Translations under genes and position numbers: made by a program | Origin: a candidate division FCPU426 bacterium | GTDB lineage: Bacteria > Oederibacteriota > Muellerivitia > Muellerivitales > Muellerivitaceae | Assembly: GCA_963796105.1 (NCBI GenBank) | Contig: CAWCKJ010000006.1 | Coordinates: 96,001 to 160,000 of the forward strand | Length of the DNA stretch: 64,000 nucleotides | Direction: 5' to 3' | Notes under the pieces: generated by a model | Told to the model about the DNA's origin: nothing | The model's input: the letters and a program-made list of their open reading frames with translations, nothing else | The model's database searches: none | Shown: positions 1 to 12,005 of the stretch, piece after piece | Layout: the number at the start of each line of letters is the position of its first letter | Position numbering within the stretch: position 1 is the first letter of the stretch

Positions 1-138
1 GAAACCCCCCTATGGTACCCACAAACCGAACTGCCCCTTTTTCAAAGGGGGAAATGGACGTTCACAACGCGTCTTTCAAGATTTGCCAAAGTTGAGTAAA
101 TTTGATTGTTTCCAGGTCCTTTTCGCCCTAACACCCTC

Positions 139-167
139 TTGACGGAAAAGCCCGATGTTCTTATGAT
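139..167 (+). promoter_or_regulatory. sigma70-type promoter of groESL
   Basis: TTGACG (139-144), 17-nt spacer, TATGAT (162-167), immediately upstream of a CIRCE element. Confidence 0.8.
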
Positions 168-175
168 TTCACCCC

Positions 176-202
176 TTAGCATTCACCATTGGTGAGTGCT
201 AA
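176..202 (+). promoter_or_regulatory. CIRCE element (HrcA operator)
   Basis: TTAGCATTC-N9-GAGTGCTAA, one mismatch to the consensus TTAGCACTC-N9-GAGTGCTAA, upstream of groES. Confidence 0.93.
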
Positions 203-452
203 TTTCGAGGGGCTTGATTAGCTTCTTGAATTCCTGGTTTTCGGGAAATCCCGTCCTTGGCGGGATAAGTAGAGGGATCAGGCTGTGCCCGATTTCGTGT
301 CCAAATTCGCCGGACTTCTTCGGCGAACCATCAAAGAATCGGGCTTCATGGATCTTCGGGTTTGTCCGAAGGCCCATTCACTAGCTTGAGCCTTTTAATT
401 TCGTTTCATTTCCAGTGCTCCAAGGGCACAAACTTTAAATGGAGGTTGTTCC

Positions 453-743
453 ATGAAGATTAGGCCGTTACATGACAGGATTTTGGTCGAGAGGCTGGAA
501 GAGGAAGAGAAGACGAAAAGCGGGATCGTGATTCCCGACTCGGCGAAGGAAAAGCCGCAAAAGGGAAAGGTCATCGCCGTGGGTTCCGGAAAAATCAATG
601 AAAAAGGCGAAAGGGTCAAGATGGACGTCAAGGAAGGCGACCAGATCCTGTTCGAGAAATACGGCGGGAACGAAATCAAGGTGGATGATAAGGAACTTCT
701 CATCATGCGGGAAGAGGACGTGTTAGCTGTCATCGAGAAATAA
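453..743 (+). CDS. groES: co-chaperonin GroES
   Basis: [12 protein letters not shown]...[13 protein letters not shown]...KYGG; GGAGG RBS. Confidence 0.98.
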   Translation: MKIRPLHDRILVERLEEEEKTKSGIVIPDSAKEKPQKGKVIAVGSGKINEKGERVKMDVKEGDQILFEKYGGNEIKVDDKELLIMREEDVLAVIEK

Positions 744-756
744 ACCAAATTTATAA

Positions 757-2429
<1,673 letters not shown>

Positions 2430-2468
2430 TCAAAACAAGTTAGTAGTTGAGAGTTAGGAGTGGGCGAT

Positions 2469-2503
2469 AAGCTCCCGGGGGGTAACTTCCGGGAGCTTTT
2501 TTT
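2469..2503 (+). terminator. intrinsic terminator of groESL
   Basis: AAGCTCCCGGGG-loop-TTCCGGGAGCTT followed by a T run. Confidence 0.85.
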
Positions 2504-2537
2504 GTATTTTAGCATTCAATGCACAGCCGGGTTGGCG

Positions 2538-2566
2538 TTGACACCACCTTGGCTAAACCCTATATT
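2538..2566 (+). promoter_or_regulatory. sigma70-type promoter
   Basis: TTGACA-17 nt-TATATT upstream of the 2602 ORF. Confidence 0.65.
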
Positions 2567-2601
2567 TAATACAACTTAACACCCAGGGGAGAGGTAGTAA
2601 A

Positions 2602-2901
2602 ATGCCGACATATGATTATAACTGTCCTAAATGCGGGCACTTCGAGACATGGCAATCCATCAAGGATAACGCCCTCGCGGTGTGTCCAACCTGTGGAAGC
2701 AAGGTTGAAAGGCTTATTTCAGCCAATATTGGTTTTGTCCTGAAAGGCTCGGGTTTTTACCAAAACGACTATAAAAAAAAGGCGCCGGCCAAGACGAAAA
2801 AGAAAGTTGAGGCTAAGGCGGAAACGAAAACCACCGGGTCTCCCGATACTTGTTGCGGCGGATGCGGGGACGCGAAGTCTTGTACGGCGGAGAGTAATTA
2901 A
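2602..2901 (+). CDS. FmdB-family zinc-ribbon protein
   Basis: MPTYDYNCPKCG...CPTCG...FVLKGSGFYQNDY. Confidence 0.88.
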   Translation: MPTYDYNCPKCGHFETWQSIKDNALAVCPTCGSKVERLISANIGFVLKGSGFYQNDYKKKAPAKTKKKVEAKAETKTTGSPDTCCGGCGDAKSCTAESN

Positions 2902-2973
2902 AGAATTAGTGTTTTCTTAATATGCGGTTTATGAAGAGAAAGCCTTGAATATCTCACTTAACGGGAGGTTTTT

Positions 2974-3156
2974 GTGGCACCAGGATGGATTTTAGGAATC
3001 GTCGCCGGATATGTTCTCTTTAACATGGGACTTTGGAAGTCGGATTCTTCCCCCAAACCGCAAGATACCCTGTGGGCCCTCATTATGCTGGGGGGGACGA
3101 TTCTCATGTTTATATCGGTCCTGCTCTGGGCGGTCCCGAATTTCTTCAACTCTTAA
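2974..3156 (+). CDS. small membrane protein
   Basis: GGAGG RBS, GTG start, two hydrophobic segments. Confidence 0.55.
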   Translation: MAPGWILGIVAGYVLFNMGLWKSDSSPKPQDTLWALIMLGGTILMFISVLLWAVPNFFNS

Positions 3157-3232
3157 ACCCCTTGTTCTTATCCGCGCCAGCAGACAAAACGGCCATTCAT
3201 GACCCATAACCGGTTTTTTTGGAGGAATTAGG

Positions 3233-3580
3233 ATGAAGGAATTAATCACTGAGGAACAAGCCGGAATGATCGTCATGCTGCTTTCCCTGGGAGTCACTCT
3301 TGTGGGAATCGGATCTGGTTTTTATCTCGGAAGGAAATGCTCCGGGGAAGAAAAAAAGAGAGTTTGGGCCCAGGCCGTGATTTCCGCCCTGGCGGGGCCC
3401 GTGATCTGGTTATTCTGGGGAGTTTACAACTCCATAGAGAATTACTACGGTTTGGATTCGTTGAAAGCGCTAAAAATTAACTTCGTGATCGCGTTGGGGC
3501 TTGGCGTTATTTTCTTTTTTCTCTACCGTTTCATACCCGGCTGGGTGACCAAACGGCAAAACGAGCCGGGTTCCCCTTAA
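3233..3580 (+). CDS. 3-TM hypothetical membrane protein
   Basis: GGAGG RBS, three hydrophobic helices, YNSIENYYGLDS loop. Confidence 0.7.
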   Translation: MKELITEEQAGMIVMLLSLGVTLVGIGSGFYLGRKCSGEEKKRVWAQAVISALAGPVIWLFWGVYNSIENYYGLDSLKALKINFVIALGLGVIFFFLYRFIPGWVTKRQNEPGSP

Positions 3581-3635
3581 GCCTTTTTAAGCCATAGGCC
3601 CAACACAAGTTGAACGGGAATTCGTCTAAAACCAT

Positions 3636-4517
3636 ATGAAACCTACCGATCCACTTTCCATCCTTCATGAAGTCCGCCGCCTGGAAATCGTCACGAGAGG
3701 GGCGGTCGATACCCTTTTAAAGGGCTCCTATAAGAGCACCTTTAAGGGACAGGGCCTGGAGTTCCACCAGGTCCGGGAATACACACCCGAGGACGATTAC
3801 CGCACCATCGATTGGAATGTAACCGCGCGCTTGAACACTCCCTTTGTGAAGACCTTCGTGGAGGAAAGGGAGCTCCAGATTATTTTGGCCGTGGATTTAT
3901 CAGCCTCCCTTTGGTACGGCACGGGAGCCCACAGCAAGAGGGAAACGGCCCTCCGCCTTTGCGCCATCCTGGCCTTCGCCGCGGTCCAGCACCAGGACCG
4001 GGTCGGACTCATGGTTTTTACCGACCGCGTTGAATTTTACGCACCGCCGAAGAGGGGAAAGGGCGCCACGATGTCGATCCTAAGGAAACTCATCGAATTC
4101 AAGCCCGCCGGGAAGATGACCAACTACCGTCCCGCCTTCCAGATGTTGACTAAGGTTTTGAAGAGGCGGAGCGTTCTTTTCTTGGTCTCGGATTTCACCG
4201 ACCCACTTCCCATGGAATCCGCGAGCGTCCTGGCTAGGCGCCATGACATGCTGGCCGCGGTCATCAAAGACCCTATGGAGGAGGGATTTATTCTTCCCGC
4301 CCGTATCGCGGTCAGGGACCCTGAAACTGGCAGGGTTGGATACCTTTCGCCGCGATCCCAGACCGCTTTCCGGAAAGCCTCGGAATTCCGGGAAGGACAG
4401 TTGAAAGCCCTGGTGGCCAAGGGTGTGGACCGGCTGGAACTCAAGGCGGGGGATAACGTGGTTCCTCCATTGATGAATTTCTTCAGAAGGAGGATGGAAA
4501 GGATGGGCCGGAGGTGA
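3636..4517 (+). CDS. DUF58 (VWA-like) MoxR partner
   Basis: FKGQGLEFHQVREY..DD.R.IDWNVTAR, EERE, DLSAS. Confidence 0.93.
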   Translation: MKPTDPLSILHEVRRLEIVTRGAVDTLLKGSYKSTFKGQGLEFHQVREYTPEDDYRTIDWNVTARLNTPFVKTFVEERELQIILAVDLSASLWYGTGAHSKRETALRLCAILAFAAVQHQDRVGLMVFTDRVEFYAPPKRGKGATMSILRKLIEFKPAGKMTNYRPAFQMLTKVLKRRSVLFLVSDFTDPLPMESASVLARRHDMLAAVIKDPMEEGFILPARIAVRDPETGRVGYLSPRSQTAFRKASEFREGQLKALVAKGVDRLELKAGDNVVPPLMNFFRRRMERMGRR

Positions 4518-4605
4518 GGGTGTCCTTAACCATCGGTGGAAGACCGACAAAATACTTTTTACTTTAGCCTGGAGTGTTGGACCTGAAAATTACGGGAGAT
4601 TGTGA

Positions 4606-5718
4606 ATGGACTTGCAGGGTTTTCATTTCGCCAATCCTATATGGCTATATTGGCTGCCGGTATTGCCCTTATGCCTGGTTGGTTTCTTTTTAGCCTCAAG
4701 GGCCAAACATTCCACCTTTTTCATGGGTAACCCCCGGTTGGTGGAGAAAACCCATGGCGTCATCGCGGGACAATGGTTTCCTTGGCTTCTTCGTTTACTG
4801 GTCATCCTTCTTTGCTTTATCGCCGCCGCGAGGCCCCAGGCGGGGCAGAAAAAAGTGGAGGAAAAGAAACAAGTCACGGATCTTTGGGTCACATTCGACG
4901 TTTCCGGATCCATGATTACCCCCGATTTGAAACCCAACCGCATTACGGCGGCGAAGAAACTTCTTTCGGAATTCCTGGACAAGATCCAAAACGCAAGGGT
5001 GGGTATGACCATTTTCGCCCGAATCAGCTTTACCCAATGTCCCTTGACCTCAGATGTGCAAATTATGAAAAAGCTTCTTGAAAACGTGGAGCCCGCGCCT
5101 TATTCCATAAAACTAGACGGAACCGCCATCGGGGACGCTTTGGTATCCAGCCTCAACCGGCTTAAAGAGGGGGAGAAAGGGGTATTGGAATCCGAAGCCA
5201 AAAAGAAAACAATGCTTCCAAAGTGGCTGGGCGATAAAACAGAAGAGAATACCGAGGTTCCGAACCATGAGGCCATCATCCTGATGACCGACGGCGGGAA
5301 CAATTGCGGTTCGGTGGACCCTTTCCAGGCGGCGAAGATCGCCGCCAGCCAAGGCGTTAAGATTTACACGATTGGAATGGGAAGCAATAAAAGGACGCCT
5401 ATGATTGTGCGGTATCCCGACGGCCATATGGGGCCTTTCATCGACCCTAGAACAGGGGAAATCGCGATGGAAGACCCCGTCGATATGGTGGCCTTACGGG
5501 AAATCGCAAGAATAAGCGGAGGAAAGGCCTATGCCGCCACTGATAACCGAGCTTTAGAAGAGGTTTTGGATGAAATCGCCAAACTGGAGAAAAGGGAAGT
5601 TTCTGTGACAACCCATTGGGAATACAACGAGTTGGCTTCCAATTTTCTCTTGGTGGCCTTTTTTCTCTTGGCGTTGGACATGGGTTTGGGGACCACCTTG
5701 TTGAGGACGTTGCCATAA
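4606..5718 (+). CDS. batA: BatA-like VWA membrane protein
   Basis: N-terminal FANP/TM, ARPQ, MIDAS DVSGSM, PNRI, GTAIGDA, LMTDG, C-terminal TM. Confidence 0.85.
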   Translation: MDLQGFHFANPIWLYWLPVLPLCLVGFFLASRAKHSTFFMGNPRLVEKTHGVIAGQWFPWLLRLLVILLCFIAAARPQAGQKKVEEKKQVTDLWVTFDVSGSMITPDLKPNRITAAKKLLSEFLDKIQNARVGMTIFARISFTQCPLTSDVQIMKKLLENVEPAPYSIKLDGTAIGDALVSSLNRLKEGEKGVLESEAKKKTMLPKWLGDKTEENTEVPNHEAIILMTDGGNNCGSVDPFQAAKIAASQGVKIYTIGMGSNKRTPMIVRYPDGHMGPFIDPRTGEIAMEDPVDMVALREIARISGGKAYAATDNRALEEVLDEIAKLEKREVSVTTHWEYNELASNFLLVAFFLLALDMGLGTTLLRTLP

Positions 5719-5784
5719 TTAATAGAAATGGTTCGCGTAAAAGAATTAAGTACGGTTAAAAATGAGCGAATTTTTGAGGATTAA

Positions 5785-6774
5785 ATGAATTTAGAGAACA
5801 TGAACTGGTTCTGGCCGCTCCTTTTGCTGTTCCTGGCAGGATTAGGATTGGCTCTTTATTCCTTGGGGCGCGACCGGCGGGACTTGGAAATGTTAGGTTA
5901 CCACAACCTTGTACTGTCACCCCTTGCGGTTTGGGTCCGCAGGTTGATCAAGGGGTTTTTAATCCTATTAGGGCTTTTCCTTTGTCTTTTAGGGGCTGGG
6001 CGCCTGCAGGGGAAGCTCATTCCGGAAGATTTAAACTTGCGGGGTGTGGATGTGATGATCGTTTTGGACGTATCCAAAAGCATGTTGACCCAAGATATGG
6101 ATCCCAACCGGTTGGATGCGGCGAAAAAAGCCCTCCTCGCGTGGATTCAAGTCAGGAGCGGGGACCGGATCGGTTTGGAGTTATTCGCGGGGCAAGCACT
6201 CGTTCAGGTTCCCTTAACGCTAGACTTGGAGGCGGTATCCCTGGTCTTAAGCAAGGCCGACCCTGACGCGGTGGACCGTGGGGGAACGGATATTGGCGAG
6301 GCCATACGAACAGCTCTCACGGCTTTTGACAAGGATGAAACGAAAAAAAGAGGAAAAGCTATTTTGCTGATCACGGACGGGGAAATCACCGAGGGGTCAG
6401 CCATATTGCCCGAGGCCTGCAAAGAGGCCAAGGAAGCAAACGTGCCTGTTGTCGCGGTTGGGATCGGAACGCCCCAAGGACGCCCAATTCCGGATGGCAC
6501 TTCCTTTTGGGGAGAGGCTGTTTATAAAAAGGACCGGTCGGGGAACATTCATGTCAGCCATTTGGATGAAGGAAATTTGAAACAAATTGCCTCGATCACG
6601 GGAGGGGTTTACATCCAGGGAGAAAGCGACCGGAGCCTGGCTTCTATCGGTGATCATCTGGATGGTTTGGAGAAAACCATGATGAAAGATAAGGGCGTTA
6701 TGAGGCGCGAGGAACTTTCGCCGGTTCTCGGGGCGTTTGCCGCGGCGACATTGATTCTTTCGTCAGTTTTGTAG
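5785..6774 (+). CDS. batB: BatB-like VWA membrane protein
   Basis: DVSKSM...PNRL...GDRIGL, GTDIG, LITDGE, GIGT..G.PIP. Confidence 0.83.
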   Translation: MNLENMNWFWPLLLLFLAGLGLALYSLGRDRRDLEMLGYHNLVLSPLAVWVRRLIKGFLILLGLFLCLLGAGRLQGKLIPEDLNLRGVDVMIVLDVSKSMLTQDMDPNRLDAAKKALLAWIQVRSGDRIGLELFAGQALVQVPLTLDLEAVSLVLSKADPDAVDRGGTDIGEAIRTALTAFDKDETKKRGKAILLITDGEITEGSAILPEACKEAKEANVPVVAVGIGTPQGRPIPDGTSFWGEAVYKKDRSGNIHVSHLDEGNLKQIASITGGVYIQGESDRSLASIGDHLDGLEKTMMKDKGVMRREELSPVLGAFAAATLILSSVL

Positions 6775-6789
6775 GGAGGAAATTAGATC

Positions 6790-7701
6790 ATGGGCGTGAG
6801 TTTTCGTGTTTGGGCCATTTTAACCGCTGGACTGGGTATTTCTATTTTGCCGCCCCATCCAATATTCGCGGACACTCTTTCTGACGGAAGAAAAGCCTAT
6901 GAACAACAGGATTACGAAAATGCTGAAAAATATTTCAACGAAAAAGTCCAAAAATCGCCTGACGACGCCGCGAATGCGTATGCTTGGGGGAATTCCCTCT
7001 ACAAGTTAGGGAAATACGAGGAGGCTGAAAAGGCCTACGAACAGGCCCTTCAAACAAAACCCGGTTTAGAGCAAGGCTGGTACAACCTTGGAAACGCCCT
7101 TTTTCAACAGGACCGTTACAAAGATTCTATTGATTCATACCAAAAGGCTTTGCAATTGGACCCTAAGGATTTGGACGCCAAGCACAACATGGAACTGGCC
7201 CAGAAAAAGCTGAAGGAAAATCCAAAATCCGATAAAAGCCAAAAAAAGAAAGAGAATCAACAGGCGAAGAAAAATGAAAAACAGCAAAATCAGAATAAAA
7301 ATTCCGGCCAACAGAACCAGGCTGATAACAATCAAAAAGGCCGGAATAAACAGCAAGAGAAGAAACAAGGCCCTTCCGAGGGCAAGAATCAACAGGCCCA
7401 AAACCAGCCAAGCCCCGGAAATGACCAGGAAAAGACAGCCCGGGAGAACAAGGAGGACCAGCAAAAAAGGCAGGAAGCCAAGAAAGAGCTGGGCATGAAC
7501 GATAAACAAATCCAGGAATTGTACTCAAAACTTCAAAAACAAGAGGAACAAACCCAGCAATATTATTCAGCCAATCCCCGTAAAGACCAACAAAATCAAA
7601 ACGACATGTGGAATTTTTTACCCAGGGAACAACAGGAGTTCATGCGACGCTTTTTCGGTAAACCGGATAAAAATGCTAATCAAGTGGAGGAGGATTGGTA
7701 A
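6790..7701 (+). CDS. batC: BatC-like TPR protein with Q/K/N-rich tail
   Basis: signal peptide, TPR repeats (YNLGNALF), low-complexity region, terminal EEDW. Confidence 0.83.
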   Translation: MGVSFRVWAILTAGLGISILPPHPIFADTLSDGRKAYEQQDYENAEKYFNEKVQKSPDDAANAYAWGNSLYKLGKYEEAEKAYEQALQTKPGLEQGWYNLGNALFQQDRYKDSIDSYQKALQLDPKDLDAKHNMELAQKKLKENPKSDKSQKKKENQQAKKNEKQQNQNKNSGQQNQADNNQKGRNKQQEKKQGPSEGKNQQAQNQPSPGNDQEKTARENKEDQQKRQEAKKELGMNDKQIQELYSKLQKQEEQTQQYYSANPRKDQQNQNDMWNFLPREQQEFMRRFFGKPDKNANQVEEDW

Positions 7702-7796
7702 TGTTTCCAAGGATGTTTAATGAGCGCCAAAAGACGGTTAAAATGCAAAGCTTGTTTTTAGAGCAAGGGTTTGAAAATCCCGGAAGGAGGAGTCCG

Positions 7797-8777
7797 ATGA
7801 AATTGAAGGTTATTTTTCAATCAGTGCTTTTTCTGACTCTCCTTTTTCCCTGGCCATTAGGAGCACAGCAAGAGGAAGCAATAGGTCTAAGGATGGAGGT
7901 GGATAAACGGCAGGTGGAAGTGGGAGACGGCTTAACCATTTCGCTCGAGTATAAACAGGTCGGAAACACAGGCGGCTCGTCCTTTCAGGAACCATCCTTG
8001 CCTACTCCCGAGCATTTCCAGATTAACGGTACATCCTCCTCAACCCAAGTGACCATCATCAACCAACAGACAGCCCAAATTTCCACCACGAAATTACGTT
8101 TGGAGGCGACGAAAGCCGGGTCCGAAACACTGGGACCGGCCATCCTGATCTATTTGGATCCCCAGGGCAAGAAAAGAGAATTGCAATCCAACGTTGTGAA
8201 CGTGACGGTGGTGGAGAAAAGTGGATTTTCCTTCTTCAAAAAAAAGAAGGACCCTTCCCCAGATCCGAATCAAGCCAACCCGCCCCCAGGGGCCCAACCC
8301 CCGGCGGATGCGGAACTGCACGGGATCAAACCTTTATTAGACGATTCCCATAATATTTTTAAAGCCCTAGTTTGGATCGTCATCCTGGTTTTGATTGTTT
8401 GGTTCATATGGCGGCAATTTAACCAGCCTAAGAAGAAGGTAACTATATCCCGCCCCCTGGGAGCGGACGCCCAATTGAGGGAATCCTGGAGAAAACTCTC
8501 GAACGAGGAACTTTCGGCAATGGAATTTTGCCTGGCTCTTTCGGGGCTTGTCAGGGAATGCCTTCAATACAGCTATGGTTTTCCGGCTGTGGACTATACG
8601 ACCGAGGAAATATTTAAGGAGTTGGAAAAGCATAAGCTTACGAATAATGAAATGGAAGCCGTTGAGAAATGCCTGAAGACTTGCGACAGGGTCTTGTACG
8701 CCGACGGCAACCTGACGGGCAGGGATAATTTGCGTTCCATTTGCTCGTCTTTGCTTCCTAAAGTCACGAAAAATTAA
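7797..8777 (+). CDS. BatD-like exported Ig domain, TM and C-terminal helical domain
   Basis: AGGAGG RBS before ATG 7797, signal peptide, VDKRQVEVGD...SSSTQVTIIN BatD-type motif, TM, TTEE..D.V.YA tail. Confidence 0.72.
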   Translation: MKLKVIFQSVLFLTLLFPWPLGAQQEEAIGLRMEVDKRQVEVGDGLTISLEYKQVGNTGGSSFQEPSLPTPEHFQINGTSSSTQVTIINQQTAQISTTKLRLEATKAGSETLGPAILIYLDPQGKKRELQSNVVNVTVVEKSGFSFFKKKKDPSPDPNQANPPPGAQPPADAELHGIKPLLDDSHNIFKALVWIVILVLIVWFIWRQFNQPKKKVTISRPLGADAQLRESWRKLSNEELSAMEFCLALSGLVRECLQYSYGFPAVDYTTEEIFKELEKHKLTNNEMEAVEKCLKTCDRVLYADGNLTGRDNLRSICSSLLPKVTKN

Positions 8778-8831
8778 TGCAAAAGCTTGAGAATCACCGC
8801 GTTATCGCGGCAAATCATTAAGGAGAAAGAA

Positions 8832-9821
8832 ATGGCGAACCAGAACGAGGAACTTACCCAAGAAGCTCAGCGGCTCAGCGAGCAGTTCCAGAAGGCCAAG
8901 GAAGAAGTAAAAAAAGTCATCGTAGGTCAGGAGGATCTGTTAGAGAGGCTTTTATTGGGTCTGCTTGCCAGGGGACACCTGCTTTTGGAAGGGCTCCCGG
9001 GATTGGCCAAGACCTTGGCTGTGCGGACTCTTTCCGAGACGCTGGGGGTCACTTTCAGCCGGATCCAATTTACCCCTGACCTTTTGCCAGCGGACCTAGT
9101 TGGGACCCGTATTTACATGCCCGCAAAAGCGGATTTCAAAACCCAAAAGGGCCCTATATTCGCGAACCTCGTATTGGCGGATGAGATCAACCGCGCACCC
9201 GCGAAGGTGCAGTCCGCTCTTTTGGAATCCATGCAGGAACATCAGGTGACCATCGGACCGGATACCTTCAAGTTGGATGAGCCCTTTTTTGTCATGGCCA
9301 CCCAGAATCCGATCGAGCATGAGGGAACCTATTCCCTCCCGGAAGCGCAAGTGGACAGGTTTTTAATGAAGATATTCGTGGGTTATCCTGGTTTCGAGGA
9401 TGAGAAAGAGATCGTCACCCGCATGACTACGGGGGCCACGATCAAAGTAAACGAGGTTCTTTCCGCCCAGGCCATCTTGAAGGCGCAAAAAGTCGTGGAT
9501 GGAATCTATGTCAGCGAGACTTTGAAGGATTATGTCGTTCATTTGGTCACCGCGACCCGGAATCCCAGTGCTTACCAGATGGCGCACCTTTCAGCCCTGA
9601 TTGAGTATGGGGCTAGCCCAAGGGCCTCCATGGGATTGACCGTGGCCGCCAAGGCCCGGGCATTTTTAAGCGGCAGGGGATACGCTATTCCTGAGGATGT
9701 GAAGGCACTTGCTCCCGACATCATGCGCCACAGATTGATTTTGACCTATGAGGCTGAGGCCCAAAACCTCACCAGTGACGGAATCATCGAGCAAATTCTC
9801 AATAAGGTTCCAGTGCCTTGA
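8832..9821 (+). CDS. moxR: MoxR-family AAA+ ATPase
   Basis: GLPGLAKT, RIQFTPDLLPAD, DEINRAPAKVQSALLE, ATQNPIE. Confidence 0.96.
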   Translation: MANQNEELTQEAQRLSEQFQKAKEEVKKVIVGQEDLLERLLLGLLARGHLLLEGLPGLAKTLAVRTLSETLGVTFSRIQFTPDLLPADLVGTRIYMPAKADFKTQKGPIFANLVLADEINRAPAKVQSALLESMQEHQVTIGPDTFKLDEPFFVMATQNPIEHEGTYSLPEAQVDRFLMKIFVGYPGFEDEKEIVTRMTTGATIKVNEVLSAQAILKAQKVVDGIYVSETLKDYVVHLVTATRNPSAYQMAHLSALIEYGASPRASMGLTVAAKARAFLSGRGYAIPEDVKALAPDIMRHRLILTYEAEAQNLTSDGIIEQILNKVPVP

Positions 9822-10843
9822 GGATTCTAACGCAAACCAATTCCAGCCGTTTAGGGGCGAAAGTCCCCAATAAGGCTGGTTTAATTTATTCACGCATTTT
9901 GGGGTTATTGTTTTTGTCAGTCATGGTCCTATTGGCCGGATGCCGGGCTAAACAACCCTACAAACAAAATACCCTACCTCTTCCTCCTGGAACCGATAGC
10001 GGAGTTTATGGGGACAAATTTGTTCAGGTTGAGTATGGTTTTGGTTTTCCCTTTCCCCCAAAATGGATTTTCGCGAAACTTTCCGCCGATCAAGAGGAGG
10101 ACGAGGTCGCCAGATTCCTGGACCCCTCCAAATTACTTTTGGCGCGTTTCTCCGTTCAATTGCTGGGAACCGGGGCTGAATTTTATACGAAAACTTGGGC
10201 TTCCGGAATCGAGCAGGACCTGAAAAACCGGCAATACCAGGTTTTGAAGGAAGATTCCATGCTGGAATGGAAAACATCCGATTCGCATCCCTGGTATGAG
10301 GTCCCATTCCACCTGGAGGATTCCAAGAAAAAAGGCTGGTATGACGAGGAGTGGGTTTTGAACCGGGATGATATGTTGATTGAGGCCCATATAATCCTGG
10401 CCCAAAACCAGGCTGATACAGAAAAAGGGAAAAAACTTTTGAAACAGCTGGAAGCGTCCCTGAGCCAAATCCAGTGGTACACGCCGATTGGTTCGCGTGG
10501 AATCTCGGTGGAAAGGTTCGAACTCAGGAAATTCACTGAGGATTTTTGCCAGGCGTTGGAAAGCCGGGATCCCAGCAGTTTTAACGGTTTTTTTGACGAG
10601 ATGTATCCGGAACTGCCCCAATGGAACGCCTGGTATCAGCAGGCGGTCACGGGAGACCCCAAGACCATCGAGCTGAAGGCGGACCTTTCGGGGTTGATCA
10701 TCAACGGCGATTATGCCACCGTCATATTTTCCCTGACCCGGAAGGAAAAAGGGGGCCATGCAGAGAAATCCGAGAAAGGTTTTAAGCTTTCCAAAAAAGA
10801 AGGGACATGGAAAATAGAAGCCCCTATCCAAAAAATGAAATGA
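9818..10843 (+). CDS. putative lipoprotein (start uncertain)
   Basis: hydrophobic stretch ending in the lipobox LAGC; C-terminal NTF2-like region ending WKI. Confidence 0.65.
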   Translation: MRILTQTNSSRLGAKVPNKAGLIYSRILGLLFLSVMVLLAGCRAKQPYKQNTLPLPPGTDSGVYGDKFVQVEYGFGFPFPPKWIFAKLSADQEEDEVARFLDPSKLLLARFSVQLLGTGAEFYTKTWASGIEQDLKNRQYQVLKEDSMLEWKTSDSHPWYEVPFHLEDSKKKGWYDEEWVLNRDDMLIEAHIILAQNQADTEKGKKLLKQLEASLSQIQWYTPIGSRGISVERFELRKFTEDFCQALESRDPSSFNGFFDEMYPELPQWNAWYQQAVTGDPKTIELKADLSGLIINGDYATVIFSLTRKEKGGHAEKSEKGFKLSKKEGTWKIEAPIQKMK

Positions 10844-11042
10844 ATAGGTGAGCTTTTGATGTGATAACGATAGGGGTTGATTTAGGGTCTGATGTTTTTC
10901 TGGAGAGTTATATTTTAGGCTTTCGTTGTTTTAATTCACTTTTCCCGAATAAACCTAATGAAGCGCTTTTGTTTCTTTCGCGCACCCTTTCCTCATGATT
11001 ATAATCTTTAAGCGATAATGGCATTAAATTCCTGGAGGCGTT

Positions 11043-11915
11043 ATGCGCAGTATGACAGGTTTCGGCCGGGGCGAGGGGCAGTCCAAGCTCGCCCGGATAG
11101 TCGCGGAAATAAAAACAGTCAACCATAAATACCATGATATTTCCTTGAAAATCCCGCCTTCCTTCCAGTTCCTGGAGCCGGAATTGAGGGAATTGATTCT
11201 TACCTCAGTGACAAGAGGGAAAGTTGATTTGTTCCTAAAAGATCTTTCCTCCGGGAAAACAAGGACAGTCGGAATCAACGAGGAACTGGTCGAGGATTAT
11301 CTTCAGCTCGCCAAACAAGTCGCGCGTAAATTCAAACTTAAAGGGGAACTATCCATCGAGTCCTTGATCAAATTGCCGGATGTGATGACATCTTCTGAAC
11401 CCGAGGGAAGGGAATTGGAGCAACGTAAGGCCGCGCTTGAAGCGGTCCGATCGGCATTGAAGGCGCTCGATAAAATGCGCCAATCGGAGGGGGCGCGTCT
11501 TGGAAAAGACATGGTGGACCGGGTTAAGGAGCTGTCGGGACTCGTTCAGCAACTCAGGAACCAACACAAGACTGTCCTAGCTGAAAAAATAAAATTGTTC
11601 AGGGAAAAAATCACCACGTTCCTCCCGGAACCCCTCCAGGACCAAGCCCGCCTTTCCACCGAGGAGGGAATCCAACTTCAGCGCCTCGATATTTCCGAGG
11701 AGTTGACCCGTTTGGACAGCCATTTGGTGGAGTTCCAGTCGGCTTTGAAGTCGAAAGACAGCGTCGGCCGAAAGCTGGATTTTTTGATCCAGGAGATGAA
11801 CCGAGAGGTCAATACCATCGGGTCCAAGGCGGGAGACGCCAAAATGGCCCATGCCGTCGTTCGTTTGAAGGAACTCATGGAGCAGTTAAGGGAACAAATC
11901 CAGAATATTGAATAA
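11043..11915 (+). CDS. yicC: YicC/YloC-family endoribonuclease
   Basis: MRSMTGFG, EELTRLDSH, GRKLDFLIQEMNREVNTIGSK, REQIQNIE. Confidence 0.95.
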   Translation: MRSMTGFGRGEGQSKLARIVAEIKTVNHKYHDISLKIPPSFQFLEPELRELILTSVTRGKVDLFLKDLSSGKTRTVGINEELVEDYLQLAKQVARKFKLKGELSIESLIKLPDVMTSSEPEGRELEQRKAALEAVRSALKALDKMRQSEGARLGKDMVDRVKELSGLVQQLRNQHKTVLAEKIKLFREKITTFLPEPLQDQARLSTEEGIQLQRLDISEELTRLDSHLVEFQSALKSKDSVGRKLDFLIQEMNREVNTIGSKAGDAKMAHAVVRLKELMEQLREQIQNIE

Positions 11916-12005
11916 TCATCATTTTGAGGAAGTTGGTTTGAAATTAATGAGTTTTTGTGGTTATCGCCGCGCATTCCTAACAAATAAAGAATGGGTCGGT
12001 AATTC

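Noticed and set aside
34..50. CCCCTTT-TTC-AAAGGGG hairpin (REP-like)
   Set aside because: Single short copy at the window edge with no context
183..384. Short ORFs on both strands upstream of groES
   Set aside because: No RBS or recognisable motifs; they overlap CIRCE and the structured leader
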